A DNA stretch of 64,000 nucleotides from NCBI GenBank assembly GCA_964016885.1, contig OZ024742.1:365490001-365554000 (forward strand), in the 5' to 3' direction. How positions within the stretch are numbered: position 1 is the first letter of the stretch; the number at the start of each line of letters is the position of its first letter. Shown one piece after another: positions 14,517 to 31,255 of this stretch. The notes under the pieces are model-generated. The model did not search any database and had not been told where the DNA came from. It saw only the letters and a program-made list of their open reading frames with translations. Both the position numbers and the translations under genes were made by a program. Source of the DNA: Eledone cirrhosa (taxonomy: Eukaryota).

Positions 14517-14606
<90 letters not shown>

Positions 14607-14610
14607 TATA

Positions 14611-14651
14611 CGTTGCTGACGATAGCTAACAAGCTTGAAACTAGTACAGCG
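14611..14651 (+). ncRNA. Type I hammerhead ribozyme
   Basis: cgttg-CTGACGA-TAGCtaacaaGCTT-GAAA-CTAG-TA-cagcg. GUA site after 14646; palindromic stem III ACTAGT. Confidence 0.85.
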
Positions 14652-15032
14652 TTCCTTTGTCAGTGTTGAACAAACGAGCAACGGTGGTTGCTAGACACTA
14701 CGGCTTAATACGGGATGTTTGTTTACAAACACACCGAGCATTATAATAAATGTTCGGTGAATCCATACGTGCATATATATATGTGTGCATGTATGTATAT
14801 ATATATATACATACTACTGTACGTCGGTATACATATATGTATGTACGTGTACATACTTATATTTAAGTAACAGCCGTACTAAGAGTGGGAAATGAAATAT
14901 CGTTTCATTTTTTCCGTTTATCGTTTTCGGTGCACCCGGCCGATTAACCCACTCGATATGTAAATTGGGCTACCCAGCCGTTAATATGCATAAGGTAAGT
15001 ATATACGTTCAACAGTCTGGCAGGAAGGTATA

Positions 15033-15073
15033 CGTTGCTGACGATAGCTAACAAGCTTGAAACTAGTACAGCG
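15033..15073 (+). ncRNA. Type I hammerhead ribozyme (identical copy)
   Basis: Same sequence as 14611-14651; predicted cut after 15068. Confidence 0.85.
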
Positions 15074-15410
15074 TTCCTTTGTCAGTGTCGAACAAACGAG
15101 CAACGGTGGTTGCTAGACACTACGGCTCAATACGGGATGTTTGTTTACAAACACACCGAGCATTATAATAAATATTCGGTGAATCCATACGTGCATATAT
15201 ATATGTGTGCATGTATGTATATATATATATACATACTACTGTACGTCGGTATACATATATGTATGTACGTGTACATACTTATATTTAAGTAACAGCCGTA
15301 CTAAGGGTGGGAAATGAAATATCGTTTCATTTTTTCCGTTTATATATATATACTTATATATATATATCAAAATGAAAATCCGAAGGCAAGGTAAAATTCC
15401 ATTCATTTAA

Positions 15411-15484
15411 TCACGACACATGTTTAAATAAGAGATGGATCGATTGTGAAGCCATGATCGATTATCACTGATCTCATCAGGTGA
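15411..15484 (-). ncRNA. HHR motif with branched stem II, in a PLE terminal fragment (15368-15530; second copy 47126-47290)
   Basis: Minus strand reads tcac-CTGATGA-GATC...-(T)AAA-CATGT-GTC-gtga. The 47173-47246 copy keeps CTGACGA...GAAA. Confidence 0.55.
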
Positions 15485-16408
15485 AAATGAATTGTCTTCA
15501 AATTCTTGATATGAGGGACAAAAATAACGATGTTCTCTCCCAGAATTCATACCCTCGTATGAAGACACACCAGTCAGAGACACGGCGACTGCTATTAACT
15601 TCAGTTGAGGTCATAAAAGTTTTCAGATCTCTGTCGCTGCAAAAGACGCTGGACATCAACGAAATCTGTAAGGATACAGTTAGTCACAGTTAATGTGAGT
15701 GGGTACACACACATTCCACACCCACATACACCGGCTCGAGATCAAAGAAAAATATATACATATATATACACACATCAACACAGTATTAAACTTGTAGAGT
15801 TAGTGTGGGTGGGTACACACACTCTCTCACACACACCGAAGCGATGTCCGAGAAAAAAACAAATATAAGAAAACAAATATAATAAAACAAATATAAGAAT
15901 GTACCAACGCAGCACTCACCGAAAGTTAGTTCACAAAACAACAGAAGCTATATTGGTCAAATCTCAATTTGACGATGTAAATTGGAAATATTGAGTTAAC
16001 CAACGCCGCACATACACACACACACATACACACACACACACACACGCCCGCGCGCAAGTAAGTTCAGTTCAATGTTCTGCTATACGTGTATAGATTGAAT
16101 TGTAACATCCATATCTTCATTGGAGATATACAAAAGCGTGGAGAACTTAATATTGCTAACATAAAGTTGTTGGACCATTTTACACAACCAATAATGCACC
16201 TTACTATATATATATATATGTACCAACAACCAACAACTTAATTTATAAAATCATTTTTTTAAGAAAAATTCTTTTTGGATTTTGTGAAGAAAATAAATTT
16301 GTTGAAAGCACAAGTGAAGCCATTTTTTCTTCCCCCCTGTCTTAATATACCTAACTGTACCAAGGATTACACACATTTTCCAATATTCTATCCCCTTGTA
16401 CAAGACAG

Positions 16409-17624
16409 AATGGCTAACACACGTTCAAAATCCTCTACTGAATCCCTCAAATCGGATACACTACTACAGGAAATATCAGAAAAACTCACCATAATAATAG
16501 ATAAATATAATTCCCTTACGAATGCCGTACAAGAAATGGAACAACAAACACGCAGCTATAGGGAAAAACTTGATTCACTAATTACAGACCGACAAAAACA
16601 AGAACAAACCTTTTCTCCTGAAATAGCTACACATGAACAGAACTCCATCACCAATAATGCATTCAAAGAATGGAATGAACTGAACCTAGAAAAAGAAGCC
16701 TACAGAAAAAGAAACCAAATGAAAAACATTTGGAACCCATTATTAAATCAAAGGAAACAGGCATACTGGAAAGCCTTGAGGAGTGAAAACCTAGCAGACA
16801 CATACGAAATATGGCGTAGCAAGGAACCAGTTATCCTCCCGAGAAAATTCCGAATTAAAGAAATACCATCGGAATCAAAGGAAGAAACTGCAACAAGACT
16901 AAATCTAGCACTCCAAACACTTGAGACCGAAATCAACCTACTCCGCCTAAGAGTGCCAAAATTCAAAGAGAAATTTGAAAAATGCGACACCACCATCCAA
17001 GAGGAAATAAACAAAAGAAGCAGCGACAATGTACGTGAAAAACTCCTTAACCTATGGCAGACAGATACAACTAGAGAGGAGTTAAAATCAAAGAAAATCT
17101 TGGAGTCAAGAACTCAATGGCTTCAAGAATATGAAGATAACTATGGGAAAGACCAAATAAAACCCAGAAAACAAACCCATAGGAAACCCCAGAACTCAGG
17201 AAAATATAACAACACAAGAAATGAAGCACCCACACACAATAAACCAACAACAACCAGATATTGGGTAACCCCAAACACACAACTACATACAGACCCAATA
17301 CTCAACACCAGAACCAGATACAACCACTGCCATAACACCAAGAACAATCACCGGAGACAAAATCAAAGACACATGAATACTGAACGAATCAACAGAAGAA
17401 CCAGACCCCCATACAGCAACGGCCACGCAAGAGTCTATCGCCCAACCAGTTACCGACATGAAGTTCCGACGGGCCAAAGGTTTCACCACAACAGAAACAC
17501 CCCTATCCCAAATGGCACCCATTTTTTAGGACTAGGGGCCTCGCACCAAATGAAAGAAAAAAAGAAAAAAGCACCACCTTTCAAGTGGCACCTGACGAGA
17601 AAGAACCAATCGAACCGAAAATAA
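16409..17624 (+). CDS. PLE ORF1: coiled-coil N-terminus, basic/disordered C-terminus (frame open from 16275)
   Basis: Open frame MANTRSKS...; heptad-rich; similar to ORF1 of element B (EINLLRLR vs EIELLRLR). Confidence 0.75.
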
Positions 17625-19845
17625 TCAATATATCAGCCAAGAAATTAACACAACCAGAAATACAACTGTTAGAAAATGGACTGAAGTTCACTTCCACTCC
17701 GAAAGCAGATACAGCCGATGTTATAAAAGACACAGAAGAATACTGTCGAAAATTACGCTTAGGAGAATTCTTCCAGGGTGTACAATACGAGGAAGAATCA
17801 CTGGTGAAAAACAAAAAGAACTTCACACCCCCGCTAAATAGAGATAAATACCTGGAGGAATACATAACCTGCCTTCGCCGATCAGCACGTACAAATACGG
17901 CCGAGACGAAACACAAATGCAACATCCCTACAGACCAACTACTAGCATTGAACAAGCTACAAAGAGATTCCTCAATAATAATAAAAGAAGCGGACAAAGG
18001 TGGAGCAATCGTCATCATGGACACAAACCACTACAAAGATATGGTCCTAGCACACTTGAATGACGAAAACTTCTACAGGAAAATCACTAAAAACGAAGAA
18101 AGGAAATCGAGGAACCAAATAGGCAAACTAACAACAAAGTACCAAAACAACCTAACACCAAAAGAATTAGATTACCTAACCAACTTCGAAATGAAAACCA
18201 GCAATTTCTATGGATTACCAAAAATTCACAAATCCATAGAAATCCCAAACAACATAAAAGGGAAAAATACATCGAAGCACCGTAACCGACAGACTTAAAA
18301 TTACGCCCCATTATTGCTGGCCCAGCCTCAAGCACACAACGTGTAAGCAACCTATTAGACATCATACACAAACCTCTATGTAAAAAAGTTCCAAGCTACA
18401 TCAGAGATCATATGGAATTCCTTAACTATATCCCCCCAAAAGTACACCAGGATACAATCCTAGTCAGTTTTGATGTAATAAGCCTGTACAGTAACATCCC
18501 ACACGACCTAGGGATTGAAGCTGTGGACTTCTGGATTACAAAACACTCAAGTCACATTTCAGAAAGATTCCCCAAAGAATTCATCTTGGAAGGACTTAAA
18601 TTAGTATTGGAAAACAACCACTTCCTCTTTGACAACGAACTTTATCTACAAATAAAAGGAACAGCCATGGGTACCAAAGTGGCCCCTACATATGCAACGC
18701 TCGTTATGGGTCACTTAGAGGCAAAATTATATTCCCAACTACAGATAACATTCAGTCACGACTTCGCCTTCTACATTAATAAAAACTGGAAACGTTACCT
18801 AGATGACTGCTTCATCTTCTGGAACAGAAGCCAAACAGACCTACAAAAATGTTATTCGATCCTAAACAGGCTTCATGAAGCCATACAATTCACTATGGAA
18901 TGTAACGAAAAGGAACTGCCCTTTCTAGATATCCTCATCATTAAAGAAGGGGAAAATATCATAACGGACCTATTTTGCAAACCCACTGACACACACCAAT
19001 ACTTAAATTTCCGGTCAGCACACCCCTCACATACGAAAAGGAACATTCCCTTCAACATGGCAAGGCGCATCTGCACTATAGCAACACACCCCGTACTACA
19101 AGAAAAAAGATTATGTGACCTGAAAAAATTCCTTAAAAAACAAGAATACCCGATGAAACTCATCAACGCAGCCATCTCCAAGGCTAAGAACATCCCAATA
19201 ACAACACTGAGAAAACCAAACCCACAACATAAAAAAGAAAACCCTGCTATCTCTTTTGTCATCACTCACAACCCAGGGAACATCAACATTGTGAAAACTG
19301 CTAAGCAGTATCTCCCGATTCTACAGCAATCTACCAAAATGAATGCACTTTTAAAAAACACACAGATAATTTATAGTAGACGCCAAGCACCCAACCGTAA
19401 AAAACTAATTACCAAGGCAAAATTTACGACCAACATGGAATCAATGCAAGTGACGAAATGCGGGGACCCTAGATGTGGAACCTGTGAACTCATCGAAGAG
19501 GGCAAACAATTGTCCTTCAAAAACCATGATAATTTCAAGGTCAATGCTAACATGAACTGCAAAACGAAAAACCTAATATATTGCGCAACATGTCCACAGT
19601 GTAAAGAGTATTACATTGGGGAAACCGGAACGGGATTACATGATAGAGTCCGGGTACATAAACAACAGATTAAAGACCCCACAGTCAGAAATACCACATG
19701 TAGCGCACACTTTGCATCATGCGGGAAGGGAAAATTCACAATCTTCCCTTTCTTCAAGATATGGTCGGATAACGAACATTTCCGCAGATATAACGAAGAA
19801 TTCTTCATTGAAAAATTTAAACCACTACTGAACACGAAAAAATGA
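17585..19845 (+). pseudogene. PLE RT + Zn linker + GIY-YIG endonuclease (one frameshift ~18260-18290)
   Basis: IKEADKG, FYGLPKIHK, LRPIIAG, SFDVISLYSNIP, GTAMG, RYLDD, LPFLD; KCGDPRCGTC, NLIY..C..C..YIGET, RVRVH. Confidence 0.95.
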
Positions 19846-19935
19846 ATTAACACTCGGAGGTAAAATTCCATTTCACTACCCCCCCCCTCTTCTTATGTAT
19901 ACACATGAATATCTGAGTGAACGGTGAAACACACA

Positions 19936-21480
<1,545 letters not shown>

Positions 21481-21913
21481 GATTGATGGTGTGTGCCTAT
21501 ATATTCCTACATATGCCCGTGTGTGTATGTACGTATATGCGCACATATGTGTGTGTTGAACAAAGGACTAACTTTGGGATGGACGTAGAAAAATTCTTCA
21601 GGAAAATAAGAAGAAAAAAATAATTATTCACAAACTTGGCAGGTGCGATTTGCCTGTGACCATTCTCAACACAAAAGCAATGCTAAAAGCTTTTTCCCCT
21701 GAATAAAGGAATTTTTCGAGAATGACCGGGGCAGGCCACACTTGCTACATTTCTCCCCACCCAACCCTACTCACTGTCTCAACTCATTACTGCTATGAAC
21801 ACTTTTTCAACACACCTACATCCATGCACTTATTAAAGGGGGAGAAAAGAAACCCCCACCACACCACAGACATGTTAAATCCCTATATATAGAACAACAC
21901 ACCACATACACAT

Positions 21914-21952
21914 CAGTTTGACAAGCGCACCTCAGCGTGAAAGGTCTTTCTA
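21914..21952 (+). ncRNA. Probable HHR of element A, U3-A8 variant
   Basis: TTGACAA(21918-21924)-GCGCacctcaGCGT-GAAA-GGTCTT. Stem I is weak; position is ~200 nt before the element end. Confidence 0.5.
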
Positions 21953-22181
21953 AAAACGAAACAATACCTCCTACGTTAACCAAGAACTCCTAAGACCTAA
22001 CCAACAACCAACAACTTAATTAATAAAATAATTTTTTTAAGAAACATTCTTTTGGGATTTTGTGAAGAAAATAAATTTGTTGAAAGCACAAGTGAAGCCA
22101 TTTTTTCTTCCCCATGTCTTAATATACCTAACTGTACCAAGGATTACACACATTTTCCAATATATATATATATATATATTT

Positions 22182-22261
<80 letters not shown>

Positions 22262-22318
22262 TTCGTTTCTGAATTTGTTTAGCAAGATACTTTATCTCAA
22301 AACGTGTGTTGAAACCGA

Positions 22319-23137
22319 TATTGTTATACTTTGGGAGGGTTATCATCCCAATAAGAAACACACGCACCAGTTGCTTTCACTTCAATTTATTATAAATTAA
22401 ATTTATAAATTTCCGGTTGGTTGGTTGGTTGCACAACCAGAAGATTGTTCATATATTGTCAAAGTTCTTTCGTCACACATTCTGTGACCTCTTCAATGAC
22501 TGGGGATTCTTTTCTTTGTTTTTGTGCCTCTCCTTTGTTCTGTCCTTCGCCATCTTGTTTTTGTGTGTGTTGTGTGCTTATTTTGCGCATGTGTTACATC
22601 CGGGTATCTGTGTGTGTTTATATTTGTTAATTTATTTGTTTATTTACATGTTACTGGTTGGTTGTTTGTTCTATGTGTGTGGGTGTTTTCATTTTGTCCT
22701 TAATTGTAAATTGTGATGTTGCTTTTCCATTCATGCAACATCACAACTTACAATTAAGGACAAAATGAAAACACACACACACATAGAACAAACAATCAAC
22801 CAGTAACATGTAAATAAACAAATAAATAAACAAATATAAACACACACAGACACCCGGATGTAACACATGCGCAAACTAAGCACACAACACACACAAAAAC
22901 AAGATGGCGTAGGACAGAACAAAGGAGAGGCACAAAAACAAAGAAAAGAATCCCAGTCACTGAAGAGGTCACAGAATGTGTGACGAAAGAACTTTGACAA
23001 TATATGAACAATCGTCTGGTTGTGGAACCAACCAACCAACCGGAAATTTATAAATTTAATTTATAATAAATTGGAGTGAAAGAAACTGGTGCGTGTGTTT
23101 CTTATTGGCAACATGACCCTCCCAAAGTATAACAATA
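22319..23137. repeat. Fold-back of a PLE-type terminal repeat (~400-bp arms) with one HHR per arm
   Basis: 22319-22722 is the reverse complement of 22735-23137. HHR + at 22956-22998 (gtca-CTGAAGA-GGTCACAgaatgTGTGAC-GAAA-GAACTT-tgac); HHR - at 22458-22500. Confidence 0.88.
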
Positions 23138-23179
23138 TTTATATATATATATATATATATATATAAATATATATATATA

Positions 23180-23267
<88 letters not shown>

Positions 23268-23269
23268 CA

Positions 23270-25215
<1,946 letters not shown>

Positions 25216-25239
25216 TATTTATATATATATAAGAACATG

Positions 25240-25880
25240 ATCTTTTGTTTTAATAAAAAAAGCGAGATCTCCTATACGAGTGAAAGTATAAGGAGAAAAA
25301 AATCGAAAATGCAACTCAAGAATATTAATTTATTCCCTTTGCCGGTTTTATAGTTCTTATGTCTTTCAAAAGTAGAATTGAGATGGAGGGTTTGTGGTTT
25401 GTCGAGACAAAGATTTAACTGATACAATCAAACTTTCCTACTCGACTACCAAAATCATAGCCCAGAATATGGCGAAAATTAACAATAGAAATCTGGAAAT
25501 TATATATAGGGAGATAACTCACAATAGCAACATAGAAACACTGATAGAATACGAAGTAAAAAGGAGTAGTAAGTCTTATAGATATATTGGTATAACTTCT
25601 ACTAGATTCAAGGAAAGGTGGTACAACCATCGCCACTCATTTAAAAGAGCTGATATAGCACAGCCCTGTCGGAACTAATTTGGTCGCTAAAATATTTGAA
25701 TATTCCCTTTCTTAGACAAAACTCTCACACGCTTTTTCCATACATAAATGGATCTATATCTAAGGGGTGTGAATTCTGCACCACAGAAACTCTCCACATC
25801 ATAAATAGTAAACATAAAATTATCAATAAACGCTGAGTTTTTTAATTCTTGTCTACACAAAATTAATAAGACATTTCATA
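25240..25880 (+). mobile_element. Degenerate PLE GIY-YIG 3' fragment preceded by an inverted HHR-bearing tail
   Basis: TIKLSYSTT, YRYIGITSTRFKERWYNHRHSF. 25240-25400 matches the reverse complement of the 42680-42870 terminus. Confidence 0.75.
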
Positions 25881-26388
25881 GAGTATTTAATTAAAACTTA
25901 AATAACATTAAATAGAACACCAAATAATTAATTAAACATTCATAAATCTATAGATACATATAACATCAGCATCAAAGTACAAATATCTAAAATTAGAATT
26001 AGTATCAGCGGGAAAAGAATCTAGTATAAAATAAAATAAAAAACAAATAATAAAAATAGAATAACAGTCCATACATACATAACTAAGAATTAAACTAACA
26101 ATCTGGTAACTTGATATCTTTGCCAGTTCACAAGCAGCAACACCAGTTGAGATATCTATCTCCCACTCATATAAGAACTACTGCTGAAAAGTTTTTGCAC
26201 ATATGCTTGCTAGTCGGTGAAGTGAATAACTCGTATGACCGGTAACATATCAATGGATGTTTACATCTCGGGTGGATTTTTGTCTGGAGAGAACATGTAG
26301 GGCAGCTGTTATACAACTGCCATACGTCTTCGAAATACGTTTAACAAAATATATCGGGATGGACAAATGAAATCGTTTTTCTTGTTTA

Positions 26389-26479
<91 letters not shown>

Positions 26480-26807
26480 TGACATTAGGAACATAGTACC
26501 TCACACTCCTACGGTCAAGACGCTGTCTTTTTCTCCTCGTCAAAGTTTGCCTGTTCTTATGTTCGAAATGAATTATTGACTTGATATTTTTCCTTTTTTC
26601 CTCTCTTTACGTTGCCTCACCCATCGTGTCTGTTTACATGTCTTTCTCTTTCACCACCCAATTCTTTTTATCCCAATAACTTATTTCAGTTATTGATTCG
26701 CCCTAGACTGAGGTATCTTGTCTCCAACGCGAAGATATACCTATGATGCCTAGTTGACAACTGATGATGGATAATCCTAACTTCTAATTTCTAATTTTTC
26801 ATTATAA

Positions 26808-26918
<111 letters not shown>

Positions 26919-26999
26919 TGTGTGTGTGCGTGCGTGTGTGTGTGTATCAGTGAAATTAGGAACATAGTACATACATACATACATACATACATACATACA

Positions 27000-27032
<33 letters not shown>

Positions 27033-27207
27033 TTGTACGTGTGTGTTAGATAGTTATCGAGGTATGTATTTACACTTTAATTTATACTTTTAATTATCGT
27101 CTACTCTGCCTTCCATGGGTTATAAATTCCATATACTGGTGGTTTTTCCCTGTTTGATTGATGGCGCACTATCTCTCTCTCTAGTGTGTTACCTTTTCAA
27201 CATATTG

Positions 27208-27266
<59 letters not shown>

Positions 27267-27310
27267 TGAAAAAGAATACAAGAGCGTCTACAACATCAAA
27301 AGATTTTTAT

Positions 27311-27361
27311 TGGCTAACAATGTTTCTTCCTTACGTGTAACCGTAGGATTCGTCAGAGCTA
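27311..27361 (-). ncRNA. Type I hammerhead ribozyme motif
   Basis: Minus strand reads gct-CTGACGA-ATCCTACGgttacaCGTAAGGAA-GAAA-CATTG-TT-agc. Confidence 0.65.
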
Positions 27362-28062
27362 TAAAAGGGGTTTGATTGGTGTTATGGACTCTACCAACCA
27401 AACACTCAAGAACAAAGAGTAAAGAGAGTAAAGAGCAAAAGTAGGGGACGATAAGTCTAATTTTGGTGCGGGATGGTGGGGTATGGGTCCTTGTTTACTA
27501 GCTGCGGTCATGTTCATTCCCGGGAGTCAGGTGGTTAGCTGAACCATAGATGGGGTGGCGTCGATAGTATGGTGCAGAGGGTGCGCAGAGGCTACACAAA
27601 CACAAAGGGCGTAGAATACATATATACATATAGCGGAGGAGAAGGTACATGAGGTAATTAGAAATGGAAAAAGAGTAATAATAATAATCTATAATTAATA
27701 GTGTATAATAAGGCATGGGGAAGATTACACTATAATAAGGTATAAAGGTAAGAATAAGGTAAAATATAAAGGAGGATAAAAGTGGAAATAATAAAGATAA
27801 AAAAATATATATAGAGAATATATAAAGAAATATAAGCGAATATTTGGAGGAGAAAACACAATGTAAAAAAACCGATTTTTTCAAACAATAATAAAAATAT
27901 AATAATTATGGGGGGAGAAAACAGGATAGAGAAATATGATCAAGTGTGATTAGTTGAGAGAATATAAGATGATAATAGTTATGTCCAGTTTATACATCTT
28001 AATAATAAACAATAAACAATATGTGTATCAGAGTTGCAGAACCTTCAATTCACTTATATACA

Positions 28063-28229
28063 TATATTTAATATAGAATAGCTTCTACAGGACTAGAACT
28101 GTTTCATTCGTGAGAAATCATCTGAAACACTTCTAGTCCTGTAGAAGCTTTTCTATATTAAATATTTATACTCTGCTATGTATTGAGTACCTTACTTACT
28201 GTGGTTACCAATGATTGAAGCCGGAATAT

Positions 28230-28230
<1 letters not shown>
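28063..28230. repeat. Short fold-back of an HHR-tail family (other copies 44780-44905, 53299-53500, 58520-58571, 61283-61421)
   Basis: cttctacaggactagaactgtttc inverted against gaaacacttctagtcctgtagaag, followed by the shared tail tgtattgagtaccttacttactgtgg. Confidence 0.8.
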
Positions 28231-28306
<76 letters not shown>

Positions 28307-28308
<2 letters not shown>

Positions 28309-28553
28309 GTAAGTGGTTAGAATGTCTCAGGAAATAATCGCTGGACAGATTTTACGGGCAAAACCACCCGACAGAAGACTCAGGATTAGACCCGGAGCAA
28401 GATGGTTCGATAACATCCATGAGCTTGGCTGGTCCCGCTTGGGGATCCAGCCGGATCACGTGGAAACAGATGCTTCCCACATGATCCACTGGAAGGGTTG
28501 TTTGAGGACGCTGCCCCACGACCCTCTCAGCAATAAGTGGACGAAGAAGAAGA
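28307..28553 (+). mobile_element. RTE-clade LINE 3' remnant
   Basis: VVRM...RRLRIRPGARWFDNI...W C-terminal pattern ending in a short (GAA)n tail, inside (TA)n. Confidence 0.65.
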
Positions 28554-30510
28554 TATATATATATATATATCACTGATATTGGGAACATAGAAAATAATAC
28601 CACATTTGAGGGGACACGAATTTAATGTCATCGAAAGGAACACTTGCGTGTCTTTTAACAATGAGACAAATGTTAGAAGAATCATTAATGTTTTGGATCC
28701 TTTTTGATATTGTAGAGTCCCTTACTATCAAAAACTGTCCGTCGCCTTAATTAGCCATAATTTACTGGGAAAATCCACGGCAGATTTACTGTGTGATCGC
28801 TAAAGGAAAAGGAGCTGATTGTTAGATCGGAGCGTGGAAATTATATTTCCATCTGGTATTTTCATTGCTGATATAATCTGCCTGTCGCAACCCCTGCTAC
28901 AATTACTCGACTAATCTCCCTCCAATCACAACACGGTTAAGGATATATTCAGTAATGTTGTTTACAACATTGAATATTATGTAACAAACAGTATATATAA
29001 CGACACTGCCATGATATAATTACGTCAGTCTCATCACAAGTTTTCAAAAGTAGATATCTGACGAACAAATCAGAAATAATGATGTGTAATTAAGACAGTA
29101 AGCCTGCTAACTAGGGTGAAGAGAAAGTCGGTTAAAGTGATAGAAAGGCCTAACTGGTACTTTATTTTATAGATACACAAATGATGAAAGACAACTTCGG
29201 CGGCATTTGAACTCAGAAAGTAACGCGACGAAATTTCAGAATCCATTCCGGCAAATACACACACACATATCAAACACAAACCTATCTCGGCAGATATACG
29301 TGTTTGTGTTTGAATGTATGTGTATGTGTGAATGTATGTATGCATGTGTATGTGTGTGTATGTGTTAACAGTTCTAATGTAGACGAGCAGCTAAGGAATA
29401 CAAGAGGATAGCCATCAATAGGACAGATAAGGAAATTGGAAAACATCTTCTATGAAAATAGTATTGACGGCAGTGTTGGAGAAATAGCATTAGAATTAAG
29501 AGGAAACGGTACTAATAAGGAAGATGTGACAGAGAAATGTAATCAACAAACTGAGAGCATCGGTTATGCTGGGTTGCTTTGATCACAGATATAAAAGAGG
29601 GTTAATAAATGGCTGTCCTTGCAGTCACTTTCTACATAAGTAAGAAGTTGCAGATGTTGTTGGAACTCAGCCGGTTACGACGACGAATGTACAAATTGAT
29701 TGGTTTAATGAAACATAGTGCTTATGAAATTAACGTGCAAGTGGCTGGGCATTCCACAGACAATAGAATCCCAATTCTCAGAGGGATTCAACATGCTAGA
29801 GTATGAATTATATGTATAGCTGTCTTTTGCCACCTGAATGGTGATACACAATTGTTGATACATATCTATGTACCAATAGTAAGACATTTCTAAATCAAGT
29901 ACTCTCCAGTCTCGAATAATCCCCCCCCTCCACACACACACACTTATCGATTTTTCAGTTTTTTCCACCCACCCCACAGTTTATTAAATTTTGCTAATCT
30001 ATCTCCGGCGAAATTTTATTTTAAATGGTTGCATTCCATTGACAATTCTCTTTATACATTAAAAAACATATTTGACAAAAAAAGTACATGACTAGAAATG
30101 TTATAAAATAAGTAGCATGGGTTGAGGTCTCAATGTGTAAACTAAGCGAATAATTCTGTTTTCTTTTTTTTTTATAAAAATGATAAGTTCTTTTGTTGGC
30201 CCCAGTGGCCGAATAGTTGAGAAAAATACAATGTTGGGTTTACAGAGATTAAAAGGAAGAGACATCTAAGCGAACATTTTAACAATAATATTAATTGGTA
30301 ATGACAATACAGAGCAATGATAAAGGTCCACCATCAAAAGTTCCCCAATATTAGGGGACTATACTTTAGAGTAATTCCAGGGGAACCACCCCAGTCCCTT
30401 CAAACTCTGGTATTATATTGTAGAAACAGCAATTTATGGGGACCAGTACCGATTAATTGATTCCAGCTTAGAAAAATAGAGACAATCTCCCCACACCCAA
30501 TAATCTTGAG

Positions 30511-30608
30511 CAACAACGACGACGACGAGAACAAGCGTGACAACGACAACAACGATGACGACGATGACAACAACAACAACAACAACAACGACGACGTCGA
30601 CAACAGAC

Positions 30609-30651
<43 letters not shown>

Positions 30652-30697
30652 CGACAACAACGACAACAACAACAACAACAACAACAACAATAATAAT
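30511..30697. repeat. (CAA)/(GAC) trinucleotide repeat
   Basis: Direct reading. Confidence 0.95.
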
Positions 30698-30840
30698 GGA
30701 GAAGATGAAGATTATTGGAAGATGTAAATAATGAAGTAGGTATTCAATGAAATGAGAAACTGTTCAATTAATTAAGAATATGAAAAAATAAAATATCGAT
30801 AGAAATAATCAATCAATACATCTGAAATATATTTGTATAC

Positions 30841-30898
<58 letters not shown>

Positions 30899-30956
30899 AA
30901 GAGAGAGAGAATATATATATATATATATATATATATTGTGTATACAAATATATTTC

Positions 30957-31014
<58 letters not shown>

Positions 31015-31025
31015 TGAGAGAGAGC

Positions 31026-31071
<46 letters not shown>

Positions 31072-31163
31072 CGAAGGCAATGTGGTAAGGAACCAGGTGG
31101 ACCATAACGCACCAAAGTACTCAATACTTGAGGTAGTAGAGTGGGTAATAGGAACCAGTAAGA

Positions 31164-31255
31164 CCCCGACAGCTGAGCTCAAGCCGTTTCGACGGCTAAT
31201 TCTGAACTAAATGAAAATTTATCCTGGTATTTAAATAGCCGATCTTCTCAAGGGG
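31164..31255 (-). ncRNA. Type I HHR, U3-A8 variant, in the 3' pLTR of element C
   Basis: Minus strand reads cccc-TTGAGAA-GATCGGCTA...TAGCCGTC-GAAA-CGGC ttgagctca GCTG-TC-gggg. All three stems pair; GUC site. Confidence 0.85.

Larger units (their letters stand above)
14611..15342 (+). mobile_element. Non-autonomous HHR-bearing tandem repeat (422-bp unit x ~1.7); retrozyme/PLE-pLTR-like
   Basis: 14611-14920 is nearly identical to 15033-15342, each copy starts with an HHR, and (TA)n flanks both sides. Confidence 0.8.

Noticed and set aside
21690-21732. cccCTGAATA...GAGA...gggg as an HHR
   Set aside because: Two core mismatches and a poor stem II.
30400-30731. Poly-N/T/L ORFs (also 4037-4447 and 14384-14681)
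   Set aside because: Trinucleotide microsatellite translations.
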